DNA of 64,000 nt from Octopus sinensis. Lineage: Eukaryota. Position 1 is the stretch's first letter. The number at the start of each line of letters is the position of its first letter. The stretch lies in the NCBI RefSeq assembly GCF_006345805.1, contig NC_043005.1:6448001-6512000 (forward strand), in the 5' to 3' direction. The notes beneath the pieces were generated by a model. It saw nothing but the letters and a program-made list of their open reading frames with translations. It made no database searches and was not told where the DNA came from. Below are positions 1-14,495 of this stretch, piece after piece. Both the position numbers and the translations under genes were made by a program.

Positions 1-122
1 ATAAGTACTAGGTTTACAAAGAATAGGTCCTGGGATCGATTTGCTCGACATAAGGACGGTGCTCCAGCATGGTCACAGTCAAATGACTGAAACAAGTAAA
101 AGAGTAAAGAGAGTAAATAGAG
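1..122 (+). mobile_element. SINE family A, 3' end (truncated by window start)
   Basis: Matches the tail of the copy at 1974-2391 (ataagtact..cttacaaagaata..cagcatgg.c.cagtcaaatgactgaaacaagta). Confidence 0.85.
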
Positions 123-290
123 TATGTATGTATGTATGTATGTATGTATGTATGTATGTATGTATGTATGTATGTGTGTGTATGCATATATGTATTTCTA
201 TATGTATGTGATTATGCATGCATGTATGTATGTGTGTATGTATGTGCCTATAGTATGTGTGTATGTATGTGTGTCCTGTGCTGCATTCCG
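123..290. repeat. (TATG)n microsatellite; representative of dozens of (TA)n, (TG)n, (TATG)n, (TATC)n and (GA)n tracts in the window
   Basis: Direct tandem reading. Confidence 0.95.
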
Positions 291-879
291 CTCGCCTCGC
301 AAACGGTAATCAATGATCGTCGTTCCCGTAATGGAAGGTCACTAACATCTCGTGGATGAATGTCTTAATTGATTTATGAGACCCAGATACATGTTTGGAA
401 AGTGTAGTATCGAGTCCTGTGTGTGGGGACGAGATGGAGGGAAGACGGGGGGGGGGGAATAGGGAAGGGGACAGTGAGGAAAGCAGAATGAAACCAAATT
501 TTATCTTACAGCGCTGGGTGGATGGTGGGGAACCAAAGTCAGTCGGACATTTTGTTTGTCATTTTATCATGTCTGGTATTTCATTGCCTCCCGATAACGG
601 AAATGAATCTTGTTTTCTTTTTATAATTATCGTCATCGTCGTCGTCATCATCGTCATCGTCGTCGTCATCGTCGTCGTCGTCGTTGTCATCAATCTTCTC
701 TTGAAAGTGGGAGCTGGATTTATTGTGATAACCTCATCTGACTGGTCACCTGTTGCATACCTATGACTTTATGCATATACATACATCATGTGAATTATAG
801 TTTTTACATAACTCTTGACTTCCTGAAGCAGCTGTCGAGATAAGACATTGCATAATTGATATATATATATATATATATA

Positions 880-1075
880 TGAGTACAGGATGATACCAAC
901 AGTAAAGAACATGAAATACGAAAACAAATGAGTTCAATACGCAAACAACAAGAGAAACAAATAGAAAACAGGACAAGTAACACAAAGAACGACCCTTCAT
1001 CAGTTGTCAGCTGTCTATCTACTCCTCATTTCGAGCATTGAATGACAATATGAGTCTTCGAAAACAGTCATTATT
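880..1075. repeat. Dispersed repeat fragment, probably Penelope-associated and non-autonomous
   Basis: Near-identical to 13310-13480 (same strand) and 13975-14140 (inverted); a diverged relative lies at 4620-4830. Confidence 0.6.
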
Positions 1076-1404
1076 ATATTGTTATTATATAATTATTATT
1101 ATTATATATATGTATTATAATATTATATTATATATATTATATATATTATATATATATGTATATTATATATATTGTATTATTAATATATTTATATATATAT
1201 TATATGTATATATTATGTATATATATATATCTATATATATATTATATATATATATATATATGTGCGCGTGTGTGGTGTGTGTGGTGTTGGGCCTGCTCGC
1301 TTAGCCGCGGGTGTCGTCATTTGAAGGTAAAACAATGCGAAGCGCATTGTGACCAGCGATGTGTAGCAACACCTGATAGCCTGGTCGGTCAATGTGATCA
1401 TGTG

Positions 1405-1469
<65 letters not shown>

Positions 1470-1509
1470 TTATAATATGTCTATATATATATAACTCTTG
1501 TATTTCTGT

Positions 1510-1965
1510 ACTTCATGTACCAGTTGAGTCAAAAGTTTTTCGTATTTCAAGCTTTAAACAATTCAAAGAAACTACACACAGAAGCGTTTATTCATCAAAA
1601 TATATCCCATCCAATTCTGTGGTCTGTTTCCATCGTTGTGTCAGAAGCTCAATTCCCTATTTTGGTTGGTTTAGAGGCAATAATTGTCTCTGCACCAGTT
1701 TTCAACCTCATCCATATTGTTGAACCTCCATCTGTCCAGGAAATGAGCCATGGCTCGGAAAAGGTTGTGATCTGATGGTGCAAGGTCTGGACTGTAGGGC
1801 AGGGTGAGGCAGCACTTCCCAGCCCCTCAAATTCCTCAAGTTTGCACTTGACCACATTGGCTGTGTATGCTCGGGCATTGTCATGCTGTAAGAGTGCATG
1901 TCTTTGATTTCTGGGTAGCAGTCTTTCAGTACAGCATATATTTGCTGCGGTTATTGAGCATAAAG
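1510..1965 (-). mobile_element. Mariner transposase C-terminal remnant
   Basis: Frameshifted minus-strand translation gives LLQHDNARAYTA...WEVLPHP.YSPDLAPSDH.LFRAMAHFL, the mariner HDNA and YSPDLAPSD motifs. Confidence 0.85.
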
Positions 1966-1973
1966 GTTAGCAT

Positions 1974-2391
1974 AGGCGCAGGAGTGGCTGTTTGGTAAGT
2001 AGCTTGCTTACGAACCACATGATTCCAGGTTCAGTCCCACTGCATGGCACCTTGGGCAAGTGTCTTCTACTATAGCCTCGGGCCGACCAAAGCCTATTGA
2101 GTGGATTTGGTAGACGGAAACTGAAAGAAGCCCGTCGTATATATGTATATATATATATGTATGTATGTGTGTGTGTATATGTTTGTGTGGCTGAGCTTGT
2201 TCCTCCAACATCGCTTGACAACCGATGCTGGTGTGTTTACGTCCCCGTAACTTAGCGGTTCGGCAAAAAGAGACCGATAGGATAAGTACTGGGCTTACAA
2301 AGAATAAGTCCAGGGATCGATTTGCTTGACTAAAGACGTTGCTGCAGCATGGCCGCAGTCAAATGACTGAAACAAGTACAAGAATAAAAGA
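1974..2391 (+). mobile_element. SINE family A, full length (tRNA-like head, internal TA/TG microsatellite, LINE-like tail)
   Basis: A-box-like tggctg..tggtaag, B-box-like ggttcagtccc; at least seven homologous copies in the window. Confidence 0.9.
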
Positions 2392-3829
2392 AAGACTAAA
2401 TTCACAACACGACCATCTGAAGCAAGCTCAAAATGCGGCAACTCCTCGAAATTTCACCAAACACACAACATGACCTTCTGTTCAAACCGTCATTGTTTGA
2501 CAATAGGTTCTGCAGCCAGGCCGGAACGAAGTCACCTATTTCTCATATGGAGCATCTGGAAGATCTGCCAGCACTTGCTTGCAAATGTTCACATATCGTC
2601 GTTGAGTCTGGTCGATGGTCAGTTTATTAGGGGGCTTCTTAACCACAGCCATGCACGCGGATATATACTTATGCTTACGACAGCAGAAATAGAATGTTCT
2701 GGTATCTATTCTTCTTCTAAAAGAATGAACAACGGAAATTAAACTTTCTGCCAATTCATCATTCTTAAGAGTAAATCTCGAGAATGAAATTCTGCGGTGG
2801 TGGTCGTGGTCGTGATAGTGGTGTAGTCGTAGTGATGGTAGTCGTAGCGGTGGTAGTGGTGGTTAAGGTAACGCGACGGCGGTGGCGGTGGCGGTGGCGG
2901 TGGCAGTGATGGTCGTGGTCGACGTCGTGGAGGTGGTGATGGTGTTGGTGGTCGTGGTCGCGGTCGTGGTGGTTATGGTGGGAGAGGCGTTAGTATACGG
3001 CAGAGAGTGATGTTTCTATTAAATCCTTTAGATTAAATGGAAATCTCCAAGGATTTCACTTTGCTTTTCAACACAGTCATAAAGTATGTCAAATCAATGA
3101 GCGCCATTATTCACAAGTTAAAATGCGTCTTTTCACTTTGTCTCAATTTTTTGCTATAAACCTAAATAGCAAAATATTGCTCCATTATATTAGCATCAAA
3201 TATAGATAAATATATAACAAAAATTAAGCTTTTCTGCACGTCTCTAGTAGATATTATATGTGGCATAAATTGAGTGTATTGTCTTTGCTTCTATTAGTTA
3301 TGGGCTTGATGTTATCTCTACAACAGTCTTCACAGCAAGATATTAAATATTCATTCAGAATGAAAATATATGGTAGTAATCGTAACACAAAGTACTTTGT
3401 GATATTTGATATTGCGTTCTTTATAGTCTTAGTTCAAATCCCACAGGTGTTTTTGCTTGCTTTTCAAGTTAATAAAACAAGTATATACACACACGAACAC
3501 ATGTATGCATGTATGTATGTGTGTGCATGTACGTGTGTGTGTATGAATGTAATTGCTTGCACAGATACACTTGTGCGCACTGAATTTGGAAAACCGGAAT
3601 CGAGCAATGTCTGCATTATCGGACGGCCATCTAGATTCTGGCTTACAGAATATTTTGTACGCCACTTCTAATATTGAGTACATTTTCTTCAATTTGTTAC
3701 ATGTGTGTATATTTATATACATACATATGTATATATGTATATGAATATGTAAATATGTATGCATGTATATAGGTAGATATATGTAGGTATATAATGTATA
3801 TATGTGTATGTATGTATGTACGTGTGTAT

Positions 3830-4330
3830 GTATTTATGCAATTGCCATTTGGTGCATGAGAGAGTTCGATGCAGCTGTCCTCATCTGCACCTCCTGCCGT
3901 GAAGTTGGTTCATCTGGGATACCTGACAAGAAGAGATCCAGTTTTATTTTAAAGACATCTGCATCCACCCCATGCAGGTCTCTCAGGTTCTTCGGGAGGA
4001 TATTGAAGAGCTGTGGGCCTCGGAAGCCCAGGCTACCACAGTATCTTGTTCTACATCTTGATGGCAAATTTGGAGTCCTTGGCACTATGCAGTGGCGCCC
4101 AGTTCTAGTATTTGTGTAACTCTCGATGCCAAAGTTTGGGACAAGTCCTTCTAGGATCTTCCAGATGTATATTATGGCATATCTTTCTCACCTACACTCT
4201 AAGGAATAAAGTCTTAATCTTTTGAGTCTTTCCCAGTAACTTTATGCCGCACAGAGGCTATCTTCTTCGTGTAGCTTCGTTGGATCGCCTCAAGTTCTGT
4301 GATTAACTTGACACTGGATGGTGACCATAG
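3830..4330 (-). mobile_element. CR1/L2-group non-LTR retrotransposon, C-terminal fragment
   Basis: LWSPSSVKLITELEAIQRSYTKKI...RGPQLFNILPKNLRDL...FKIKLDLFLSGIPDEP; same family as 26106-27245. Confidence 0.85.
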
Positions 4331-5921
4331 TATGTATGTATGTATGTATGTATGTATGTATGTATGTATGTATGTATGTATGTATGTATGTATGTATGTA
4401 TGTATGTATGTATGTATGTATGCATGCATGTATGTATGTATGTATGTATGTATGTATGTATGTATGTATGTATGTATGTATGTATGCAGATAAAACTTAC
4501 TTGGAAAAGGATGGGTGGCGTTCGATCATATAATAATAAAAATAATATATAAATATATGCACATATACATACATATATGTATATACCTACATGTATATTT
4601 ATATATACATGCATATATGGGTACATGACATAGAAAAACCGTTAGACACAATGAGAAACGAAAATAAAAACAAAACATAGAAACGAACTTATTTTTCGAA
4701 CAACGAAAAAAGACAAACAGAGAAACGAGACATACAACATAAAGAATATTCGCCTTCTTCAGTTGTCCCTGTTTCAACTACTCCACGTGCCGAAGACAAG
4801 GACAAGACGCAACTTCTTTGAAACAGTCCTTCCCGCAAAGCAAATTTGTCTCTGTCTATCTCTCTCCCTCTTTGTTCATCCTTTCTGGTTTTCTCTCCCA
4901 CCCTTCCCTATTTTCCCCCTCTCCTCTTCACCGTTTCCTCTCTCTCTCTCACTCCTCCTCCTCCTCGACTCTCTCGTCGCTGACACGTGACGAAAGATAA
5001 TCTGTCTTTCGCCCACAACCTTCGCAAAGAAAAAACGTTCTTCAACTGTCTCCTTCATAAGCTCGTCTTCCTAGCGTTCAAAAATATTTTTTCTATCGTC
5101 TCCATTTAACAGCCCTCACCGTATGTTTTTACTGTTTTGTTCTCACTGTCCTGTTCTTGTTACCACTTTCACCCTCGGCAAAAAAATTCCAAATTTTATT
5201 TAATTTGCTTTGCGGGAAGGACTGTGTCAACGAAGTCGCGTCTTATTGCAGCGGTCCTTCAATTTTACTAAGCCCTGTAAAAGAACTCGGAAGGTTGGGT
5301 CTCCAAGCAGGCCTTTCCCGATACCCTTAAAGCCAGAAACTTTTCAGCAGCCCCTCGTACAGTAAAGTATGAGAAGCGGAAGAGCACCTGACACAGAGAT
5401 GAATATAAATGTGTTCGTGCACTTTTGATCGTTAGTAGATGCGTAGCGATCGTGTATGGAAATGTGTGAGAAACGGAAGCATTGAGAGCAAAATACGGAA
5501 CAGTAAGTATTATGTTACGACTCTTTCCATTTCGGATTCAGACCCCGACCGATCAACTCTGCCTTTCATCTCTCAAGGGATTAACGATAAGATAAGACAC
5601 AGGCTGTACATTCCACTTCACTCTACACTTTACTTTCCCTTCCCTTTCTATTTCTTTTCTGTTCATCTTTTTCTTTTTTTTTTTTTTAAATAAAACTTGT
5701 GTCTGGATATGAGTTATGTATTTATTTTATTTATTTATTTATTTATATCGTTGTTGCTTTCCTTAAACCCTTAAGTCCACTCTGATCGAGCAGACCCGTG
5801 ATGAAAAGCATTCCAACCGTGATCCTTCATCACTTAACCTGTTCAAAACTCACTAAAGTTGATTTTGCCTTTTATCATTTCGAGGTCAACAAAAATGCAC
5901 GAATCATGTACTGGGTGTAGA

Positions 5922-6008
<87 letters not shown>

Positions 6009-6263
6009 TTGTTACATGGCTCAGTTAGGGCCTCCGCTACTTGAGGAAAAGGGTGGAAATTAAGATCAGATGGGAAACCAGCTCGGAATACTTCATCCAA
6101 GTAGATTCCACTAAAGGAACCCAACGACAGAAAAGGTTCTTCCAATTTGGTTCCACAGAGTGTCGTCTCCTCAATAAATGTCACTCACAACGCTTCTGTC
6201 GACGACAATGTACAAATCCTTGTACATTGTCATTATTTTCCGACTTTTATTTTAATCAACACC

Positions 6264-6880
6264 TTACAGTCCCTCTTTGTTCCAATTCACGAAACCTGCC
6301 ACATATCTCACAATTGATGCAACCCTTAAATTTCTTACCTTTGCAATAACTTTATCGTTCTGATGTACTCCTTCAAAATAGTTTCCTTCATTTCTCTGTT
6401 TTTGATGGTATTTGATACCAAAACTTCTCAAATGTTTGTATCCTTGACATTCTTCTAAACTTTTCATTACTCCATTATTTGGCGGCTGCAGTCCTTGATT
6501 CTGCGCTACCTTCCCCCTCTTCAGTATCAAAATGGTATACGTACTGATACCAAATTCCATACCTGTGCCATAATTAAAAATTCTCACTGTGTTCATCAGT
6601 GTACCATATTTATATTTTTTCCCCATGAAGCTGTAATACATCCTTGTATAGTGGATGGTTAACCATTCACACACCATTTCCCAAATCATTTCCTGCTTTA
6701 TCATCTCTCAAAACCATCGGCAGAGATATCAATATCAGCACAAACAGAAGTGGTGAGAGATTATCTCCCTGAAATATTCCTCTTCTGGTGTTCTCTGAAT
6801 CCAATGACTTCCCCGTAGATGTCAACTCCGTACAATCTCTGCCACCCTGAGCGACCAGAATGATACTGAATCCCATTTCT
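6264..6880 (-). mobile_element. R4/Dong-like LINE reverse transcriptase remnant
   Basis: RRGIFQGDNLSPLLFVL (RT domain 4/5) followed by MEFG..LILKRGKV...MKSLEECQGYK; clade assignment is from recalled motif style. Confidence 0.7.
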
Positions 6881-7393
6881 TCGCATTATAGTAGCACTCA
6901 AATGAAGCCACCCCACCGGGTAGGCGGGAATGCTTAGCTAGCTTCCAAGCTCTAACGGTTAGACTACATGCTCGCTTCAGGGAGACAGTCTTTCTGCTGG
7001 GTCCCTAGTTTGGTATCTTTGGTTAGACATGCGACGGAATTCGCCCCCCCCCTACCACAACCGCCGGAAGAGCAGTTAGTTTCATCACTATGAGGTATTG
7101 ACTTATATTTACATATGTATGAATAAGACATACATATATATCCACACACACACATGCACGCGCACACACATACATACACACACATATATATTTATATACG
7201 CACACATTCATATATGTATATACGCAAACATTTATTTATATATAGTTATATATATATAATATATATATTATATATCGATATATATAATATATGTATATAC
7301 ACATACATATATATCTACATATACACATACACACATATGTGGGTGTGTGTGTGTGTGTGTGTGTGTGAGTGTATGTGTGTGTTTGTATGTATA

Positions 7394-7655
7394 CAGTGGC
7401 GGACCGTCCATGTTGCCAGCTTGCCCGACGGCAAGTGGGTCCCTGAGCCATTAGAATCCATATATGAGGGCCCATGTTAGTACCTTAGGGGCCCATTCCC
7501 TCACGTTTGAGAATTTTTTATTCACTCCTGGAAGAATGCATTAATTATTTCAGCCTGGCTGTGTTTGTAGACAGTTGAAAAGAATAGTTTAACAAGTAGT
7601 TGCGGGTGGGCCCCTTTGGTCTCCTGGCAACCAATATTTTTAGACCCCGCCGCTA

Positions 7656-7658
<3 letters not shown>
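7394..7658. mobile_element. hAT-like MITE
   Basis: Termini CAGTGGCGG...CCGCTACTG; near 8-bp TSD (tatgtata / tatatata). Confidence 0.6.
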
Positions 7659-7699
<41 letters not shown>

Positions 7700-7997
7700 T
7701 TTTTGTACCTTCGGTGGAACACAGCCGTTGAAAACTACATTTGCGTAGATGGAAAAGTCGGCGGAATGAATGAAGTCTGACTTTCTCATGGCTATTGATT
7801 ACGACACAGGAGCCAAAGGATTGTGACTGTTAACATAGTGGAAGATTTCAACCAGGGACTGGAACAGATTACCACATCGAGCTGACAAAATCTAATTATT
7901 ACTTTTCTCAGCTCACTTTCCCACACACGCATTGAAAACATTATGCACATACAGACGTACCTGTAGGCACACACACAATACATGCACATACGTATAT

Positions 7998-8044
<47 letters not shown>

Positions 8045-8135
8045 AAATGGTAAGACAACAAAAGAATGAAAGAGACCTCCATATTATGTAAATAGAGGAA
8101 TTTATCTATAAATGTAAATGTGACAACTATTCAGT

Positions 8136-8207
8136 AGCCATGATAAAACTCCGAGTTTCGGATACCGAGGTGGAAATCCACGCTGCCATCTCTTCAGTTA
8201 TCCGGCC
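8136..8207 (-). ncRNA. Type I hammerhead ribozyme motif
   Basis: Minus RNA: GAUAA-CUGAAGA-stemII-GAAA-CUC(G)GAG-UU-UUAUC; 5-bp stem I with distal extension, GUU site. Confidence 0.7.
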
Positions 8208-8316
8208 ATCGGAAAAGGCTACCGAATAATTGTCACATATTACATTACAGATATATATATATATATATATATATTATATAATATATATAATATATATAAT
8301 ATATATATATATTATA

Positions 8317-8371
<55 letters not shown>

Positions 8372-8421
8372 TATTATATAACATATATATACATACATAC
8401 ATATATATATAATATATATAT

Positions 8422-8452
<31 letters not shown>

Positions 8453-8517
8453 CATACATGTATATATTATATATATATATATATATATTATATAGCTATA
8501 CACACATAATATCATAC

Positions 8518-8627
<110 letters not shown>

Positions 8628-9063
8628 TATATATATATATATGCTGCACGTACGTACGTATGTATGCATCTATGTATATTGGTCGCTTTCAATTCCCAAA
8701 TTTCATTGAATCCCCCACTATTAGCTTGTAGAATGGAAAGACATGGGCCAATGTAATTCTAGATGTAGGAATCGAAGGGACGGTCAAGTTTGAAGCGTCT
8801 TTTAGTCTGCTTTGATAATGAACGCCAAAGTGGAGCCCGGCCGTGCGAACAACATATGTATTCACTCACAGAAACAAACATGAACTTTCGAAACATATAT
8901 ATATATGTGTGTGTGTGTGTGTTTGTGCGTGTATGTGTGTGTATATATATATGTATGTATATGTATATGTATATATACATATATATATATACATACATAC
9001 TTACAGAGCACACGCGCATATTTGTACATATATATAATATACATGCATATATAAAATATCATA

Positions 9064-9105
<42 letters not shown>

Positions 9106-9108
9106 GAG

Positions 9109-9152
<44 letters not shown>

Positions 9153-9815
9153 CACATGCTTATATATGTTAATGTATACTGTTGATATTTTGTAGAAAAT
9201 CTTACATTTGACACGTTTATTCGATATTCTTGGGGGAGAATTAAAATATGTGTTATATAAATGCTGATACGAAAAAGATTAATAAACACCCGAATCAAAA
9301 TACTATTCTTGTCACGAAAACCACTTCTGAACTCCCATCGGGACTTAAAAGGAAGCAATGCAAACTTCACCGTGACATTTGCCTAATGTCTACACAATTT
9401 TTTAGTTTCTTTCGTCTATTTTTGTTTTCTGCTCTGATTTTTTCTCTTTGGAATCTGCTGGAACCAAGTGTTATAAGGGCACTGTATATATTTATTTATC
9501 TAATTATTTATCACATGCTGTTTGTCAAGTTTAATACAAGGTAACGTACAGACGGCTTCTAAGCATATTACTTCAGCTAATCTGCGTGATTGTAACGTAA
9601 CGGTAAATGAATATTTCCTTAAAACTTCATGCATTGTTCATCTTTCACATCTTACAACTTGCCGTTATAACAACAGATTCTTATCGTCACAACTGCTGAC
9701 TCCGACATTTCATGATAATGTTTATTGATCAATCTTAAACCCGTTACAATTGGTAACTACACTAATTAAAACCTAATCGTTACATATGTATACACAACCA
9801 TACATGTACACACGT

Positions 9816-9903
<88 letters not shown>

Positions 9904-10982
9904 ATGTATTATTATTATTATTATAACTAATATGTTACAAGCTAATCACACTGAAAGTTTCTAAAGGGAATGAAATAGTAATACATATGATTATATACAT
10001 ATACATACACACACACACACACACACACACCACACATATATATATATGTGTGTGTGTGTGTACGTATATGTGTGTGTACCGTGTCGCTTCTTCTCTCTCT
10101 GCCCCGCTCTCTCCCCCCTCTCTCGCAAAATACCCTGGGCTTCGAGTGGGTCGTCAGAGACCACTTGTAGAGCACTCTTTCTCCAAAACACGGATTAATG
10201 AAATGCGAAATTAATAAATGGCTTTTACTGAAACTCTTTGCACGACATTTCATCTGTTGTTTTCAACCAGGTCACGTGGTTTGCAGTCGTGTACCGCTCA
10301 ATGCTTTTATTGGTCGTTACTTATGGATAACTCTTTGTTCCTAGGGGAGATTACTCTGGCGCTTTGTCTTCATTTCAACCTTTCTAGGTAATACAATTTA
10401 TTTATTTATTTATTTATTGATGAATCTGTCTATTGGGCTTCGAATTCCGGTAGGAAATAGTTTTACCCTTTGGGGATAAAGTTTGAGAAGGTTGTCGTTT
10501 CTTTCTGTGATGTGATATTTCCCCGAAATGCACATCTGCTATTTTATCTCAACATCTGCATCCTATCCTGTGAGTCTGTGCATGTGTGTGTCTGTATGTG
10601 TGTGCATATGTGTGTGTGCGCGCGCACGCGTGTATCTTCTCTCCTGTATATATGTATGCCTAGATGGTTGGATGGATGGATGGATGGATGGATGGCTGGG
10701 TGGATAGATTATAAATGCTCGGATGTTTGTATATATATATATATGTATGCGTCTATGTACGCGTTTATGCATGAACATTCGCAGTTGTGTGAAAGAAATG
10801 CGTGCGTATCCTGTATGTTTTTAGGTGCGATTATGTCTCACAACATATCTATTTGAGGGTTGACTGAAAAGTACATTGGCTGGCCATGACACTCTCATGG
10901 AATGGGGACAAATGTGGTTTATTTTTCAACATAACCCCATTTGCAGTCCACACACTTCTTCCATCAATATTGTGTGCGCTTG

Positions 10983-11225
10983 TTAGTTAGTTAGTTAGTT
11001 AATTTGGCTCAAAAGCAAATAGCAAGGCCATGTAGGGGGACATGGAGTTAAGTACAGGGTGGTGTTCATGTAAAGAGTTCAGGCCACTTGAGGTCAAGGG
11101 AGGCTTTGAACAAAGCGGTCATCGGCATCTTCACCATCTCGTCTGGCAGCTTGTTCCACGGATCCGCAACCCGGACGGAGAAAGCTTCTCTCCTTCGATT
11201 GAGATCTCATTGGTGAAGAAGCTTC
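10983..11225 (-). mobile_element. CR1 LINE 3' end with (TAAC)n tail
   Basis: HLNRRREAFSVRVADPWNKLPDEMVKMPMTALFKASLD; tail repeats at 10983-11000. Confidence 0.8.
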
Positions 11226-11638
11226 CGTTGTGTTGATCAAAAAGTCATCAACAGGCATGACGTCATCATCACTGCAACACTGGTTCCCAGCCAGGGGTTT
11301 TTTTTCATGTTGGGGAAAAGCTGATTGTTAGATGGGGCTAAAGGACCAAATCAGGAAAATAGGGAGGCTGAGCAACAAGTTCTACGCTCCAGTATCTATA
11401 ACATGCATTATCAATACATGGCCAAAAGTCTTTGCCAAGAAGTCAGTGACTTGGAGCCAATAACAATTCACTTATTTGCTTTTAAAGTATAATTTACAGA
11501 CACATGACACGGAAAAGGATTGTAAGTACATGCATAAGTAAATACACATAGACACATATGTGCGTGTATGCGTATGTACGTATATGTGCATGTATAATAT
11601 GTGTGTGTACATATATATATATATGTGTGTATGCCTGA

Positions 11639-11716
<78 letters not shown>

Positions 11717-11869
11717 TCATGCGTCATACTGAACTGGCAATTTTAGCAACTCTCTGAATAATTACAAAGTTTTATGTCTGTAATATATATATATCCCTAC
11801 CGTTCACACATCCTTAATATATGTTGCTTTTGCGCAATAAATGTGTCGGTTTGGGGATTATGCATGTGG

Positions 11870-11913
<44 letters not shown>

Positions 11914-12157
11914 TGTATGTATATGTATATGCATGTATGTATGTGTATATATATATATATAATATATATATATATATACATACATACATACATGCATATA
12001 CTATACATACATGCATATATATATATATATATATATACATACACACACACACACACATATATATATTATACATGCGTGTGGGGGGGTGTACTGGTATGCT
12101 TATATGTATATGAATATAGATAAACAGACAGACAGAAAGACAAATAAATAGACAGAG

Positions 12158-12196
<39 letters not shown>

Positions 12197-12219
12197 TAGA
12201 TAGATAGATAGAGAGAGAG

Positions 12220-12288
<69 letters not shown>

Positions 12289-12847
12289 CACACAGACACA
12301 CATATGTAAGCAGAAATATATACATATGTACGCATATAATGCGTAGGAATGTTACGCGTGTATGTATATAAATACATACATGCACATATATTTATTTATG
12401 TTTGTGTGTGTGTGTGTGTGTGTTTGTATATTTGTACGTGGCTGTGTTTAGTTTTGTGTGCATGTATATAAGCATTCACATGTACATGTATGCGTGCACA
12501 TGTGTGCAAATGCATAAATGTTTAATCTGTATTAATGTTTTGGAAACAAAAACATGAAAGCAATAAGAGGAAGGTCACGGTTTGTTTCTATTCAGGCCGG
12601 AAGTGGTGAGTTCTCTAGACGACAGAAACTGGAGTGGGTTTATAATGAGACAACCTTGCAATATTAAGTGTACGGTAAGAGGCTGTGTCTCGGCTATTAT
12701 ATCTCAACATCCGTATCCGTTGCTCTGTATGTGTGTGTATGCGCATACATATATGTCTACATGTGTGCGCGTCTCTGTGTGTACACAGACATCTGCATAC
12801 ATGTGTGTATATACGTATCTGCTGTCTGTTTGTCTGTCTATCCATCC

Positions 12848-12925
<78 letters not shown>

Positions 12926-12928
12926 CCT

Positions 12929-13069
12929 GATTGGCTATGTGGTAAGAAGCTTGCTTCCCAACCATATGGTTTCGAGTTCAGTCCCACTGCATGGCACCCC
13001 GGGCAAGTGTTTTCTGCTATAGCTTCGGGCCGACCAAAACCTTGTAAGTAGATTTGGTAGACGGAAATT
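12929..13069 (+). mobile_element. SINE family A, 5' half
   Basis: Homologous to 1980-2125. Confidence 0.8.
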
Positions 13070-13080
13070 CTATATATATC

Positions 13081-13234
13081 TAAAATAAACTTATTTGGAA
13101 ATGGATGTGCGGCGTTCAATCAAATAATAATATAAATAATATATATACATGCATACATGTATACATATATGTATATGCATACATGTATACATATATGTAT
13201 ATGCATATGTATATATATATATATATATATATAT

Positions 13235-13277
<43 letters not shown>

Positions 13278-13795
13278 ATATATACATACATATATACACA
13301 CACCTGCATATATGGGTACAGAACGTCACCAAACAGTAAACAACATGAAATACGAAAGCAAATGAGTTCAATACGCAAACAACGAGAGAAACAAATGGAA
13401 AACAGAACAAGTAACATAAAGAACGACTCTTCATCAGTTGTCAGCTGTCTATTTACTCCTTTCGAAAACAGTCTTCGAAGACAGTTGCTCCCATGCGTGC
13501 AAAAATAAAATTTGGGACTTATGGAGGGTCAAAGCTGGGAACAAAAACAGGACAGTGGAGACAAAGAAATCGAACGAAAACAAACATGGAGGGTCGTTAG
13601 ACCAGAACGAGGGTAAAAATAGCGAATGCTGAAGAAATACATTCTTTGAGAAGAGAAAAGATATGAGAGAGAGAGAGAGATAGGATCCGTGCTGTCCTTA
13701 CGACAGTCGTGAAAGAAAAGAAACATGATCACGTGAGGAAGGGAAAGATAAACGATTGTCACGTGTGAGCAACGAGAGCGAGAGAAACGGAGAAA

Positions 13796-13841
<46 letters not shown>

Positions 13842-14140
13842 CAGATAGAAAACGGTGAAGGGGAGGAAAAAAGGGAATTAGAGAAAGGACGAGAGAGAAA
13901 AAAAGTATAGAGTAGAGTCGCATCAAAAAGATAAAGATAAGCTTACTTGGAAGTGGATGCGTGGCGTTCAATCAAATAATGCTCGAAATGAGGAGTAGAC
14001 AGACAGCCGGCAACTGACGAAGGGTCGTTCCTTTTGTTAATTGTCCTGTTTTCCATTTGTTTCTCTCGTTGTTTGCGTATTGAACTCATTTGTTTTCGTA
14101 TTTCTTGTTTACTGTTTGGTGACGTCCTGTACCAATATAT
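13081..14140. repeat. Two inverted copies of the 880-1075 family, each preceded by the leader cttacttggaa.tggatg..gcgttcaatcaaataat
   Basis: 13310-13480 versus 13975-14140 are reverse complements; the leader also occurs at 4495. Confidence 0.65.
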
Positions 14141-14309
14141 GCATGCGTGTATGTATGTATATATATATATATATGTATGAATGTATGAATGTATGAATGT
14201 ATGTATGTATGTATGTATGTATGTATGTATGTATGTATGTATGCATGTATATACATATATATTATTTATATTATATATGTATATATACACACACACACAC
14301 ATGTATGTA

Positions 14310-14495
14310 TTTGTGTGTCTGTGTTTGTCTCCCGATGTTGGTCTGTTTATGGCCCCCTAATCTTGCGGTTCGGCAAAAAAGACCGATATAATAAGTACTC
14401 GGCTTACAAAGAATAAGTCCTGGGATCAACTTGTTCGACTAAAGGCGTTGCTCCAGCATGGCCGCAGTCAAATGACTGAAACAAGTAAAAGAAAA
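14310..14495 (+). mobile_element. SINE family A, 3' half
   Basis: Homologous to 2190-2390. Confidence 0.8.

Noticed and set aside
985-1050. CUGAUGA and GAAA on the minus strand of the dispersed repeat
   Set aside because: The order and intervening sequence give no stem III or stem I pairing
3258-3671. ORF starting with a signal-peptide-like stretch (MWHKLSVLSLLLLVMGL)
   Set aside because: Runs into a TG/TATG microsatellite; no recognisable domain or splice support
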